A DNA stretch of 27,590 nt. Origin: Thermoproteota archaeon (lineage in GTDB: Archaea; Korarchaeota; Korarchaeia; Korarchaeales; Korarchaeaceae). A model generated the notes under the pieces. It was not told the origin of the DNA, did not search any database, and worked only from the letters and a program-made list of their open reading frames with translations. Within the stretch, counting starts at the first letter, position 1; each line of letters starts with the position of its first letter. A program made the translations under genes and the position numbers. The stretch is taken from the NCBI GenBank assembly GCA_027491395.1, contig JAOZFI010000055.1:1-27590 (forward strand), in the 5' to 3' direction. Positions 16,470 through 25,481 of the stretch are shown here, piece after piece.

Positions 16470-18350
16470 ATGGGTCAGGCCGCGTGGCTATCCAAACTGC
16501 TCAGGAAGATAAGATGGGAAATGGACACCTTCTCTTGGTCACAGCTGATCATAGTCCTAGCCTCATTCACCGCTTTCCTCATAGTCCCCCTAGGACTGGT
16601 AGTTGTGAGGTCCTTCTACTCTTCATCCGGCGGTTTCTCCTTCTACTGGCTCCAGACGATACTCACGGATCCTTTCTACTTCCCTCTGAGACTGAAGCTA
16701 CTGAATCAATTTCCGTTCATCTCCTTGGAGGGGATAAGGGGAAGCCTCTACGAAGTGGTGAAGTACCAAACTGCCGCAGGAGAGGAGACGATCGTCCTGC
16801 TTACTGGCTGGGACATGGGGGTCATACCGAACTCCCTAGTGGTAGCCACCTTCACAACGCTCTTCTCCACCGTTTTGGGCTTCACGCTGGCCTTTGTATT
16901 CGCAAAGTATAGGTTCCCCGGATCGGAGGTTCTCAGGATAGTATCCCTGATCCCGCTGCTCTCCACACCCTTCGTGGGAGCTATAGGCCTTAAGAAGATG
17001 ATAGTGGCCGACGGTGTCCTCAACGTCCTCTTCTACGACATGTTACACCTGCTCCCCTTCAAGATAGAGATCACCGGACTCCCTGCGGTCATACTGGTTC
17101 AGACCCTCCTGTTCTATCCCATAGTAATGCTGAACTCCTACACCGCCCTGATAAGCGTCGATCCGACGCTGGAAGAACAGGCTATCAACATGGGGGCTAG
17201 CGGCTTCAGGCTCTTCAGGACCGTGACGCTACCACTTGCCACTCCAGGGGTGGAGGCCGGTGCTCTTCTCGTATTCATCCTCTCACTGGAGGACTTGGGC
17301 ACGCCCATAGTGTTCAAGGGGACAACGGCCGAGAAGGTCCTGACCTTTCAGATATTCAATAGGATCTTCACTCCAGCTGGCCTCATCTCCCAAGAGGCCA
17401 CCACCTTGGCGATGATTCTCCTCGTTATCTCTGGCTTGGTCTTCGTGGGCGTGAGGAGATACGTCAGCTTGAAGAAGTACGCGATGCTGAGCAAAGGAGG
17501 CACATGGAGGCCTAGGAGGAGGAAGCTATCGCCTGCGATCACCCTGCTTGTCTACATCTTCATACTGGGGGTTCTCTTTTTCGCCACGCTTCCCCACATA
17601 GGCGTAGCCCTCCTCGCATTCGCTAAGCAGTGGGGACCCACACTCCTACCGTCCAGCTTTACCCTAGACAACTTTGCGGCAGTGCTGAGCGATGAGGAGG
17701 CCAGCAGATGCATAATGAACAGCCTGATCTACTCCACGATAGCGACCCTCTTTATGATCGTGCTTGGGGTGAGCGCCGCCTATTTGGTCTCTAGGAAGAA
17801 ATCCCTTCCGGGAATAGAGGCCCTAGACCTCCTTGTGACGATACCCATAGCCGTCCCCGGAATAGCTGTGGCCACCGGACTCTTCCTGACCTATCTGGGT
17901 ACCCCACTAAGCCCCACCATAAGTGGTGCCCCCTTGTTGATCGCCTCCTATACCGTCAGGAAGATTCCGTTCACAGTGAGAGCAGTATTCTCAGGATTAG
18001 AGCAGACGGATAAAACGCTTGACGAGGTGGCCTGGACCGTGGGGGCCAGCAGAACAAGGACATTCTTCTCCATAGTCATGCCCATGATCCTCCTAAATGT
18101 CCTAGCAGGGGGAATGCTCTCATTCATCTACTCTATGTCGGAGGTCAGCACGGGCATAGTCGTCGGGGATGCGAATCACAGGGACGCTCCAATGACTTGG
18201 AAGATGTACGACATGCTCTTTCATGGACTGGCGGGTGGCACATTCCAGCCCGCTGCGCTGGGCTTTCTGCTCATGACCCTCCAGTTCATCTTCATAGTGG
18301 GAGCGAACCTGCTCCTGAGGAAGAGGGCTACGGCCCTGATAGGTGTGTGA
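16470..18350 (+). CDS. ABC transporter permease, fused double domain (FbpB/ThiP type)
   Basis: Two EAA loops (LEEQAINMGAS; LDEVAWTVGAS), multiple TM helices. Confidence 0.9.
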   Translation: MGQAAWLSKLLRKIRWEMDTFSWSQLIIVLASFTAFLIVPLGLVVVRSFYSSSGGFSFYWLQTILTDPFYFPLRLKLLNQFPFISLEGIRGSLYEVVKYQTAAGEETIVLLTGWDMGVIPNSLVVATFTTLFSTVLGFTLAFVFAKYRFPGSEVLRIVSLIPLLSTPFVGAIGLKKMIVADGVLNVLFYDMLHLLPFKIEITGLPAVILVQTLLFYPIVMLNSYTALISVDPTLEEQAINMGASGFRLFRTVTLPLATPGVEAGALLVFILSLEDLGTPIVFKGTTAEKVLTFQIFNRIFTPAGLISQEATTLAMILLVISGLVFVGVRRYVSLKKYAMLSKGGTWRPRRRKLSPAITLLVYIFILGVLFFATLPHIGVALLAFAKQWGPTLLPSSFTLDNFAAVLSDEEASRCIMNSLIYSTIATLFMIVLGVSAAYLVSRKKSLPGIEALDLLVTIPIAVPGIAVATGLFLTYLGTPLSPTISGAPLLIASYTVRKIPFTVRAVFSGLEQTDKTLDEVAWTVGASRTRTFFSIVMPMILLNVLAGGMLSFIYSMSEVSTGIVVGDANHRDAPMTWKMYDMLFHGLAGGTFQPAALGFLLMTLQFIFIVGANLLLRKRATALIGV

Positions 18351-18359
18351 GGTGGTCTT

Positions 18360-19421
18360 ATGGTGTCGATAAGGACCGTGAATCTTACGAAGGTCTTCGG
18401 AGAGGTTGTGGCCGTGGATCATGTCAGCTTGGAGATAAAGCACGGGGAGTTCTTCACTCTGCTCGGACCCTCTGGCTGCGGCAAGACCACATTTCTCAGA
18501 ACGATTGCCGGACTTGAGTTGGCCGACGAAGGCAGTATCTACTTCGATGATCAGGACATAACGGACATGCCCGCCCACCTGAGGGGGACGGGGATGGTGT
18601 TCCAGAATTACGCCCTGTGGCCCCACATGAATGTCTTCGATAACATCGCATACGGGCTGAAGATAAGGAAGGTTCCCAAGGAGGAGATTAGGAGGAGGGT
18701 CAAGGAAGTCCTCAAGCTGGTCAAGCTCGAGGGCATGGAGAACAGGACACCGCACCAACTTTCCGGGGGCCAGCAACAGAGGGTAGCCTTGGCTAGAGCG
18801 CTGGTGATAAATCCGAGGGTCCTCCTGTTTGACGAGCCCCTCAGCAATCTGGATGCCAAGCTGAGGATAGAGATGAGGGCCGAACTCAGAAGATTGCAGA
18901 GGGAACTCGGGATCACGGCCATCTACGTCACCCATGACCAGGAGGAGGCCATGAGCATATCCGATCGAATAGCTGTGATGAACAAGGGCAGGATAATGCA
19001 GGTCGGCACGCCTAAGGAGATATACAAGAACCCGAGGAACGAGTTCGTCGCTAGGTTCATAGGTCAGGGGACCTTCATCCCCGGGGAGGTAGTTTCATCC
19101 GGTGAGGAGCTGGAGGTACGACTGGAGAGTGGTAAGGTGGTTAAAGCAGTTCCTTCCCACCCCGACGTGAGATTGGAGGTCGGGGATAAGACCCTAATCA
19201 TGATAAGACCCGAGTCCTTTACTCTGGAGCCGGGTAAGAGGTATAACGAGTTCGAGGTGGAGGTCTACCATATATCCTTCTTGGGCGATTCTCAGATGCT
19301 TCAGGCCAGCAATGAGGTTGAGAACTTCATAATAGAGGTAGATCCCGATCTGGATATAAATGTGGGACAGAAGCTGAAGGTCTACGCCCCGCCAAGGCAC
19401 ACCCTCGCCGTCAAGCTTTGA
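18360..19421 (+). CDS. ABC transporter ATP-binding protein (PotA/FbpC type, TOBE C-terminus)
   Basis: GPSGCGKTT, LSGGQQQR, LLFDEPLSNLD, YVTHDQEEA. Confidence 0.95.
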   Translation: MVSIRTVNLTKVFGEVVAVDHVSLEIKHGEFFTLLGPSGCGKTTFLRTIAGLELADEGSIYFDDQDITDMPAHLRGTGMVFQNYALWPHMNVFDNIAYGLKIRKVPKEEIRRRVKEVLKLVKLEGMENRTPHQLSGGQQQRVALARALVINPRVLLFDEPLSNLDAKLRIEMRAELRRLQRELGITAIYVTHDQEEAMSISDRIAVMNKGRIMQVGTPKEIYKNPRNEFVARFIGQGTFIPGEVVSSGEELEVRLESGKVVKAVPSHPDVRLEVGDKTLIMIRPESFTLEPGKRYNEFEVEVYHISFLGDSQMLQASNEVENFIIEVDPDLDINVGQKLKVYAPPRHTLAVKL

Positions 19422-20559
19422 CTTCGGGGTCACCACCTTCCCATTTCCTACCTCGCAGTCGGATCATCGCCCCCGCAGCAAGGCTGAGGATAGAGCCAGC
19501 TATCATGGTCTCCGTCAATCCGAGGAGGTCCATGAGGGTGCCTCCCACGTAGTTCCCCACAGCCTCCGATATGGAGCCGAGGGACGAGGGAACTGACACG
19601 GCCGAGGCCTTCTCCTCTGGAGCTAGCTCCATTGCCAACGCGTTCCTTGATGAATAGTGGAAGGGAAATATGGGGATCACCATGAGCAGGGCAAGCAGCG
19701 TGAGACCCTCGATGAAAGCGGCGATCGAGAAATAGGTGGAGTAAACGAGGCAGGAGACGAGGAAACTCCTCATTCCTCCAAGTCTGTCCGTTAACTTGCC
19801 GTAAACGGGTCCGGTCAATGTGCCTAATAGGCCGGCTGCCGCTATCAAGATACCCATGAGCGAGTTAGATCTTCCCGAGGCTTCAAAGACCTTTATCGAG
19901 AAGGCCACGTAAAACACTGATATGGAGAGGCTCGCGGTGAGGAACATGGGAACGTACTCCTTAGTCCTGCCGGGGAATTCCAATTGGATGGTCCTCTTCA
20001 GGGCACCCTTGATGTCCAGAGACCTGTAAGGCCCATCCTTAGCCAGCATGAAGAGGGGCAAGGACGGTAAAGCTACAAACGCAGCGAGGATAAGGACGTT
20101 CCTTATCCCCAAAGCGTCAGCAAGCATACCGCCTATAGCCGTCCCTAGGGTGAATCCAAGCTCTGAGGCGGCGTAGTACTCTCCAGAGGCAGTCCCAGCT
20201 TCCATCTCTGCGCTGAGGTATGCTATCATCACGGGTTCGTAGGCGGAGAGGAAGTACCACAGGGATATTACGGGGATCCAGAGGTCTATGGGAAGAAAGG
20301 CCATCGCCGAGAGCGATGTAGCAGTGGAAATACTGCCTAGGAGGAAGAAAGGCCTCTTCATCCCGGAGGAATCGCTGAGAAATCCCAGAAATCTACTCCC
20401 CAAGAAATAAGCTAGGGAGGGCAGGCTCCTAATGAGGGCATACGCGTAGAACCCTGCTTGAGCATAGGTTTCGAACGCCATGAACATGTAGCTCATGCTC
20501 CAAGCCAGCTCTAGGAGCAGAGTTCCCGCTAAGACGGGCAGTTCTCCCTTATTGGACAT
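19411..20559 (-). CDS. MFS transporter
   Basis: About 12 TM; motif A twice (GFLSDSSGMKR, GKLTDRLGGMR); purine-rich SD before ATG 20559. Confidence 0.85.
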   Translation of the reverse strand: MSNKGELPVLAGTLLLELAWSMSYMFMAFETYAQAGFYAYALIRSLPSLAYFLGSRFLGFLSDSSGMKRPFFLLGSISTATSLSAMAFLPIDLWIPVISLWYFLSAYEPVMIAYLSAEMEAGTASGEYYAASELGFTLGTAIGGMLADALGIRNVLILAAFVALPSLPLFMLAKDGPYRSLDIKGALKRTIQLEFPGRTKEYVPMFLTASLSISVFYVAFSIKVFEASGRSNSLMGILIAAAGLLGTLTGPVYGKLTDRLGGMRSFLVSCLVYSTYFSIAAFIEGLTLLALLMVIPIFPFHYSSRNALAMELAPEEKASAVSVPSSLGSISEAVGNYVGGTLMDLLGLTETMIAGSILSLAAGAMIRLRGRKWEGGDPEVKA

Positions 20560-20800
20560 TACCCCTCTCCTCCCAAGCTGAAGTCCTAAGTTGGTTATTG
20601 GCCTTGGGAGGTTAATGCTTCCCCAATTTAACGCCATCGCCTGAAGAGAAGTGCTCTGAGCGATCTCATAAGGTAATGCGCTCGCTCTAAAAGCCACGCA
20701 TTACTTAATTATCTGGGTAGTTTGCCTCAGGCCTCAATTTACGTAAAATCTCCTCTAAGAAGGGAATCAGCTATCAGAGCGTGATCCAAGTCGTGATTGG

Positions 20801-20823
20801 GAATAAAAGAAAAGAAGGAAGGT
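20801..20823 (-). terminator. Probable U-rich terminator of the peroxiredoxin gene
   Basis: Minus strand reads ACCTTCCTTCTTTTCTTTTATTC directly after the stop codon. Confidence 0.55.
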
Positions 20824-21486
20824 TTAGAGCTTCTTGTAGCAGAACCACCAGTCGTAGCACTCGAACTCTCCGGCCTTGGCCTTCTCGAGCCTCTCTTTAG
20901 CAGTCTTCTCATCACTGGCGGGGGGTATGATCACCTTATCGCCTATGAGCTCATTCTCGGGCCAGTTGGCCGGAGTGGCCACGCCGTTCTTGTCGGAGGT
21001 CTGCAGAGCCTTCACGGCCCTGAGGATCTCGTCCATGTTCCTTCCTATCTCCTGCGGGTAGTAGAGTATCAACCTGATCACGCCATTCGGGTCCACGACG
21101 AACACGGCCCTGACGGTGTTGGTGCCCTTACTAGGGTGTATGAGCCCGAGCTTGGAAGAGACCTTCCCGAGGTCGTCAGCTATTATCGGGAACTCTATCT
21201 TCACGCCCAGTTTCTCCTCTATCCACTCGACCCACTTTATGTGGCTGAAGGATTGGTCAATGCTGAGGCCTATGAGCTCGACTCCAAGTTCCCTGAACTG
21301 ATCATACCTCTTCTGGAAGGCCACGAACTCTGTGGTGCAGACCGGGGTGAAGTCAGCGGGGTGGCTGAACAGGATGAACCACTTGCCCTTGTAGTGATCG
21401 GGGAGCTTTATCACACCGTGAGTGGTCTTGACTTCCATCTCTGGGAACTTGTCGCCCAATAGGGGCATCCTCGTTACCTCATCCAT
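20824..21486 (-). CDS. Peroxiredoxin (archaeal Prx6-type thioredoxin peroxidase)
   Basis: [29 protein letters not shown]-terminal CYDWWFC; GAGGTGA SD. Confidence 0.96.
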   Translation of the reverse strand: MDEVTRMPLLGDKFPEMEVKTTHGVIKLPDHYKGKWFILFSHPADFTPVCTTEFVAFQKRYDQFRELGVELIGLSIDQSFSHIKWVEWIEEKLGVKIEFPIIADDLGKVSSKLGLIHPSKGTNTVRAVFVVDPNGVIRLILYYPQEIGRNMDEILRAVKALQTSDKNGVATPANWPENELIGDKVIIPPASDEKTAKERLEKAKAGEFECYDWWFCYKKL

Positions 21487-21518
21487 ATGTATCACCTCAT
21501 TGACCTGACTTAGGCCAG

Positions 21519-21546
21519 TCTAACATTCTGTTAGATATTTAAAAGC
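21519..21546 (-). promoter_or_regulatory. Peroxiredoxin promoter: TATA box plus TCTAACA-N3-TGTTAGA palindrome (contains CTAAC-N5-GTTAG)
   Basis: Perfect 7-3-7 inverted repeat at 21519-21535 directly downstream of minus-strand TTTTAAAT. Confidence 0.7.
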
Positions 21547-21662
21547 TTTCTGTTCGTATTTCGAACCTAAAACCTAGCATTACTAAATCCCTGGTATGCC
21601 TCCTATTGGTACTTCATTCGGCACATACAAAGGAGGGAAAGCGGGACATCAAGAGAGACGAG

Positions 21663-21730
21663 ATGAGGTTGGAGCGTTCAAACCATGGTGGTCCAATGCT
21701 TGTGATAAGGGACGATCTCATATTAAGGGG
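21663..21730 (+). pseudogene. Frameshifted relic of the 5' end of an AAA_14-type ATPase gene
   Basis: atg agg ttg gag cg- ttc aaa cca tgg tgg ... agg gac gat -ct cat aligns with gtg aag ctc gaa ccc ttc aat cca tgg tgg ... agg cac gat cct cat of the gene at 22695. Confidence 0.55.
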
Positions 21731-21990
21731 TTTTTAACGATCTTCCACAGCCTAAAGGATCCCCCTGCAAGCTCTTACCTTACGTTTCATGCAGGGAGTT
21801 CTTGTGAGCATATATGCGGTTCCACTGGCGTTGCTGCCTCTCTTTAACTTCCCGCGGTCGCGTGAAAGCGATTCTCCCTAAAAGAAATATAAATTATCAA
21901 TTGGCAATTGTATCGTGCCAACCACCATTACCATCAGTATGAAGAAGATAGAATTCACTCTACTTACGAAGAGGTGAGGCTCAAATTGAG

Positions 21991-22352
21991 GTTGAGAGAG
22001 TCCTGATCGACACGGACATGCTGATCTAGGTCTATAGGGGGTAAGGAGGACCTGCCTGATGTCTCATGTTTCATCTCCGTGGTGAGTCTGTACGAGTTCG
22101 TGAGGGGTAAGGTAGATCCCAACAGGGCGAAGTTTCTCGTGGAGGAAATTTGCGTTGTAGTACCCTTGGATAACGAGGTGATCTCGAAAGCTGTTGAGAT
22201 ATGGAGGGACCTCAGGAGGGGTGGAGCTCCTATAGACGACAGGGATCTGCTAATCGGGGCCACGGTGATAGCCAAAGAACTGCCCCCTGTGGACGGGTAA
22301 TTTCAGACATTTCGAGAGATTGATCAAGTATGGGTTAAGGCTGTGGAGATAG
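21991..22352 (+). pseudogene. vapC: VapC/PIN-domain toxin pseudogene
   Basis: Reconstructs to RVLIDTDMLI*VYRG/KEDLPDVSCFISVVSLYEFVRG...DDRDLLIGATVIAKELP/LWTGNFRHFERLIKYGLRLWR with one TAG and frameshifts in G5 and C5 runs. Confidence 0.85.
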
Positions 22353-22655
22353 GACCCCCGTTCAATACGGAGCCTCTCAAGTGAAGGACTGACCTCCCAA
22401 TGAGTACCTCCAACTCAAGACCAGTTCCCTGCAATAACCGGCAGTAACAGTGTTTTTCAACCACTCGGGGCCTGAGAGTAACTGTACATGCTCTTAAGTG
22501 GTATTACTAATAAGTTGTAAAATGCCATGAAGCCGCGAAGCCTTCCCTGTTGTATTAAGCAGGTAGTGTCTGCTGTGAATAGATGCCAAATCCCCCCAAG
22601 CTTATTTTTCTGTAAGGAAGCCCTACACTAGCTAGTCCCACTGCTGACATTTAAT

Positions 22656-22696
22656 TATCAAAAAGTATATAAATACTTGATATTAGAATATCAAGT
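22656..22696 (+). promoter_or_regulatory. Leaderless-type promoter with 10-2-10 palindrome over the start of the AAA_14 gene
   Basis: AAAAAG BRE-like, TATATAAA box, ACTTGATATT-AG-AATATCAAGT at 22675-22696. Confidence 0.7.
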
Positions 22697-23837
22697 GAAG
22701 CTCGAACCCTTCAATCCATGGTGGTACGACGACTCATGGGCTAGGCACGATCCTCATCTAGCTAAACTTTCCAGATCCAAATACAAGTGGAGACCCGATT
22801 GGTTAGACGGCCTTTCCTTGGAGCCCTTCTCCCTTAACTTCGTGCTGGGCCCGAGGCAGGTGGGGAAGACCACCGGACTGAAACTGCTAATAAAGGAACT
22901 CATAGAACTAGGTAGGGAGCCGACCAAACTTGTCTACGTGAACTGCGATCTGATCGTTGATCTTAGGGAGTTGAGATCTGCCCTCTCCATCCTTCCGTCT
23001 AGGGAGAGTCTGGTAATACTAGATGAGGTCACGGGATTGGAGTACTGGTGGCGCGTGGTAAAGGGGCTCATTGATCAAGGCCTCTTCTCCAAGGACGTCC
23101 TGATAGTGAGCGGATCCTCCTCCGTCAGGGTGCGTAGATACGCGGAGTCCTTCACGGGCAGGAGGGGGAAGGGTAGGAATGTTCAAGTCCTACCATTAAG
23201 CTTCAGAGAGTTCGTTGGTGTCAGGGGATACGGACTGAATGAGTTAGAGAGGGCATTTGAAGACTACATCAGGCTGGGAGGTTTCCCTAGGTCCATAAAT
23301 GAGGACTCAACTTTCCTGCTGGAGCTCCCAGAGCAAGTAGATAAGGAATTGGCTAAGGTAGGGAGGAGCGCGAGGATAGCAAGGCAAATTATCCATCAGG
23401 TAATAGAGAAAGGACCCTCGGCCATGAGCTATAATTCGATAGCCAAGGAGATAGGTGTGTCCCATGTAACAGTAAGGGAGTACCTAGAGCTCCTCGAGGA
23501 TCTCTTTATGGTGGGTGTGGCCTACTGGAGGCGGGGAAATAGGGTGGATTTCAAGAAAGAGAAGAAAATCTTCTTCAGAGATCCATCCATACCTAGAGCC
23601 TTCTATCAGATCAGGGGTGAGGTGAAGAGAGAAGCTCTCTACGAGTGGGTGATTCAGGAACACCTTTACAGGAAGTACGGAGAGATCTACTACTACAGAG
23701 ATGGTTACGAGATAGATGCAATCTCAGGAGGGTTGAAGGTGGAAGTGAAAGCTGGAAAGAGTCACAGGAGGTATCCTAGGGGAATAATCGTATTAGAGGC
23801 CGAGGACATACCCTATTTTCTCTTCAAGATGTCATGA
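22695..23837 (+). CDS. AAA_14 / DUF4143 ATP-binding protein with internal wHTH
   Basis: FNPWW, GPRQVGKTT, ILDEV, VSGSSS, GRRG, PLSFREF, GGFP, SIAKEIGVSHVTVREYLELLED, KKIFFRD, YEIDA..VEVK. Confidence 0.92.
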   Translation: MKLEPFNPWWYDDSWARHDPHLAKLSRSKYKWRPDWLDGLSLEPFSLNFVLGPRQVGKTTGLKLLIKELIELGREPTKLVYVNCDLIVDLRELRSALSILPSRESLVILDEVTGLEYWWRVVKGLIDQGLFSKDVLIVSGSSSVRVRRYAESFTGRRGKGRNVQVLPLSFREFVGVRGYGLNELERAFEDYIRLGGFPRSINEDSTFLLELPEQVDKELAKVGRSARIARQIIHQVIEKGPSAMSYNSIAKEIGVSHVTVREYLELLEDLFMVGVAYWRRGNRVDFKKEKKIFFRDPSIPRAFYQIRGEVKREALYEWVIQEHLYRKYGEIYYYRDGYEIDAISGGLKVEVKAGKSHRRYPRGIIVLEAEDIPYFLFKMS

Positions 23838-24011
23838 GTGGATGTCAGCCCTAAGAACAAGCGATCTCACCTGAGGCCTAATTAAATTGAAAAAGCTAGC
23901 GAGTCAGATACGCTTCAAACGCAAAAACTCCTATCATTTTCGCGTGATCAATGAAATGGAGCAGTACTGGGATCCGTGTAATATCATGTAATATAGCAAA
24001 CTTTGGAGAGG

Positions 24012-25313
24012 TCATCCTCTCCCTAATACTTTATCCACTTTTATGACGGATCCCTGCTTCAATGCCTCACCAAGTATGCTGTTAAGGTCCTCCTTTAAAT
24101 CAGGATCTATCTTGGCAATAAAGGCCCCATTTACCTGAGGTCCCTGCACCAGACCGCAAACATACAGAGTTCCATTCCACAAATAGATATCCCCAACATC
24201 ATTGTTCTCTTGCATATTCAAGAAAGTCTCCTCAACTAGCGAGTCCTCTCTTAGCAAATCTAGGAAACCAACCATGGAGTACCAACCAAAGTGATATAAT
24301 CTACCACTAAAGCTTCTCAGCCCACCCAAACATCCAAAACTGGTGGGTAGCCCCGCGTACACTGGATTCTTGATTCTGGTGATAACCTTACCATCCTTAT
24401 CCGCGAATAAGAGGGAACAATTGAAACTCCACACAGATAACACAATTTTGTCATCCAGTGTAATAGCGCTAATCCCTCCTCCAACACTTCGATTGATCAA
24501 CTCCCCGGTATACGCTAAGCTACCATTTGAGTAGAACTTGGCCATTTCGATGACTCCGCTCTCATTGTCGTTTCTTGATGCATTTACATTCTCTAGGGCC
24601 TCCCTCCCCTTTAGATCATACCAAAAGGCGTAAAGGTAATGTCCATCAGTCAACAGAATAGGGGGGCTCTCTTTATAAAGATACTTCAGTTTTTCCATGG
24701 CATCCCGACTTATTTCCGCTACAAAGTTCCTCTCATGGATCTTCCCCTTAATATCTATTCTGGCTAAATAGAGTCTGCCATCAACGAATTCAAGGGCATA
24801 TATCCACTCATCTATCTCAACAGCATCAGTAAAATTACCTGCTAGATTCCAGACGGAATTTCCATTCCTATCGATTAGAACTAATTGGCTCGGACCAACT
24901 AGAAGGAACCCTCTATGGACATGCTTGACACGCTTAGGCGATTCCCAGGGAATTAGCGTTAAATTCTCTATGTGTAAGGAATGATCAAGCTTAGATAAAA
25001 TTAGGGTCTTGTTCACTTTGGTAGGGGTCACTAACTCTAAGAAGATTATCAACTTATTATCGCTGACTGAAAGAGTTTTACAATCCAATATCTTCCTTCT
25101 CCATGTAAAAAAAGTAGCATTAATCTCATTTCTAGACATACTTTGCGTGTTTTGAGTGGTTGAGCCAGTCCGGGCGGAACTAGTCCGAGTTGGAGGTATA
25201 CTGTTTGATGTTGTAACACCCTCACTCGGAAACTGAGATAGGAGAACTACGATTATCATAAACAATGCCAATGCCATCAGACCCAACGAAAGAGCTAACA
25301 GCTTAATCCTCAT
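24012..25313 (-). CDS. Hypothetical membrane-anchored extracellular protein, possible beta-propeller
   Basis: 433 aa ORF; N-terminal TM anchor, S/T-rich linker, 10 N-X-S/T sequons, repeated hydrophobic-D-x-x-G units. Confidence 0.75.
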   Translation of the reverse strand: MRIKLLALSLGLMALALFMIIVVLLSQFPSEGVTTSNSIPPTRTSSARTGSTTQNTQSMSRNEINATFFTWRRKILDCKTLSVSDNKLIIFLELVTPTKVNKTLILSKLDHSLHIENLTLIPWESPKRVKHVHRGFLLVGPSQLVLIDRNGNSVWNLAGNFTDAVEIDEWIYALEFVDGRLYLARIDIKGKIHERNFVAEISRDAMEKLKYLYKESPPILLTDGHYLYAFWYDLKGREALENVNASRNDNESGVIEMAKFYSNGSLAYTGELINRSVGGGISAITLDDKIVLSVWSFNCSLLFADKDGKVITRIKNPVYAGLPTSFGCLGGLRSFSGRLYHFGWYSMVGFLDLLREDSLVEETFLNMQENNDVGDIYLWNGTLYVCGLVQGPQVNGAFIAKIDPDLKEDLNSILGEALKQGSVIKVDKVLGRG

Positions 25314-25481
25314 ATCTATAACCCCACAACCTGCTGGACTTTCTAGATGTATTACTGAAAAACATAATTAATAAATGCAATTTACGCTAATCTTTAAAAA
25401 AAGAACGACTTGTATTGTAAAATCTTTATAACAAACATTCCAGTCTATATTGATTAAATATTCGACTACAGAGGCGATAAT

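Noticed and set aside
18120-18935. 271-aa minus-strand ORF
   Set aside because: Typical antisense shadow of an ABC ATPase gene
20600-20645. Minus-strand GGCGATGGCGTT resembling the start of a fluoride riboswitch
   Set aside because: Closing CGCC stem and 3' pseudoknot segment are missing
20560-20697. N-terminal extension of the MFS ORF in the track
   Set aside because: Better SD and start at 20559; extension is not MFS-like
20797-21462. 221-aa plus-strand ORF
   Set aside because: Antisense shadow of the peroxiredoxin gene with no motifs
21763-21796. CCCTGCA / TGCAGGG inverted repeat
   Set aside because: 7 bp with 20-nt loop and no associated gene or target duplication
21596-21847. 83-aa plus-strand ORF
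   Set aside because: No coherent protein features; partly explained by the AAA_14 relic
20659-23885. Shared AGCGATCTCA and CCT(C/G)AGGCCT words at ~20660-20735 and ~23860-23880 as possible element ends
   Set aside because: 10-mer matches are expected by chance in 27 kb; spacing differs and no recombinase is present
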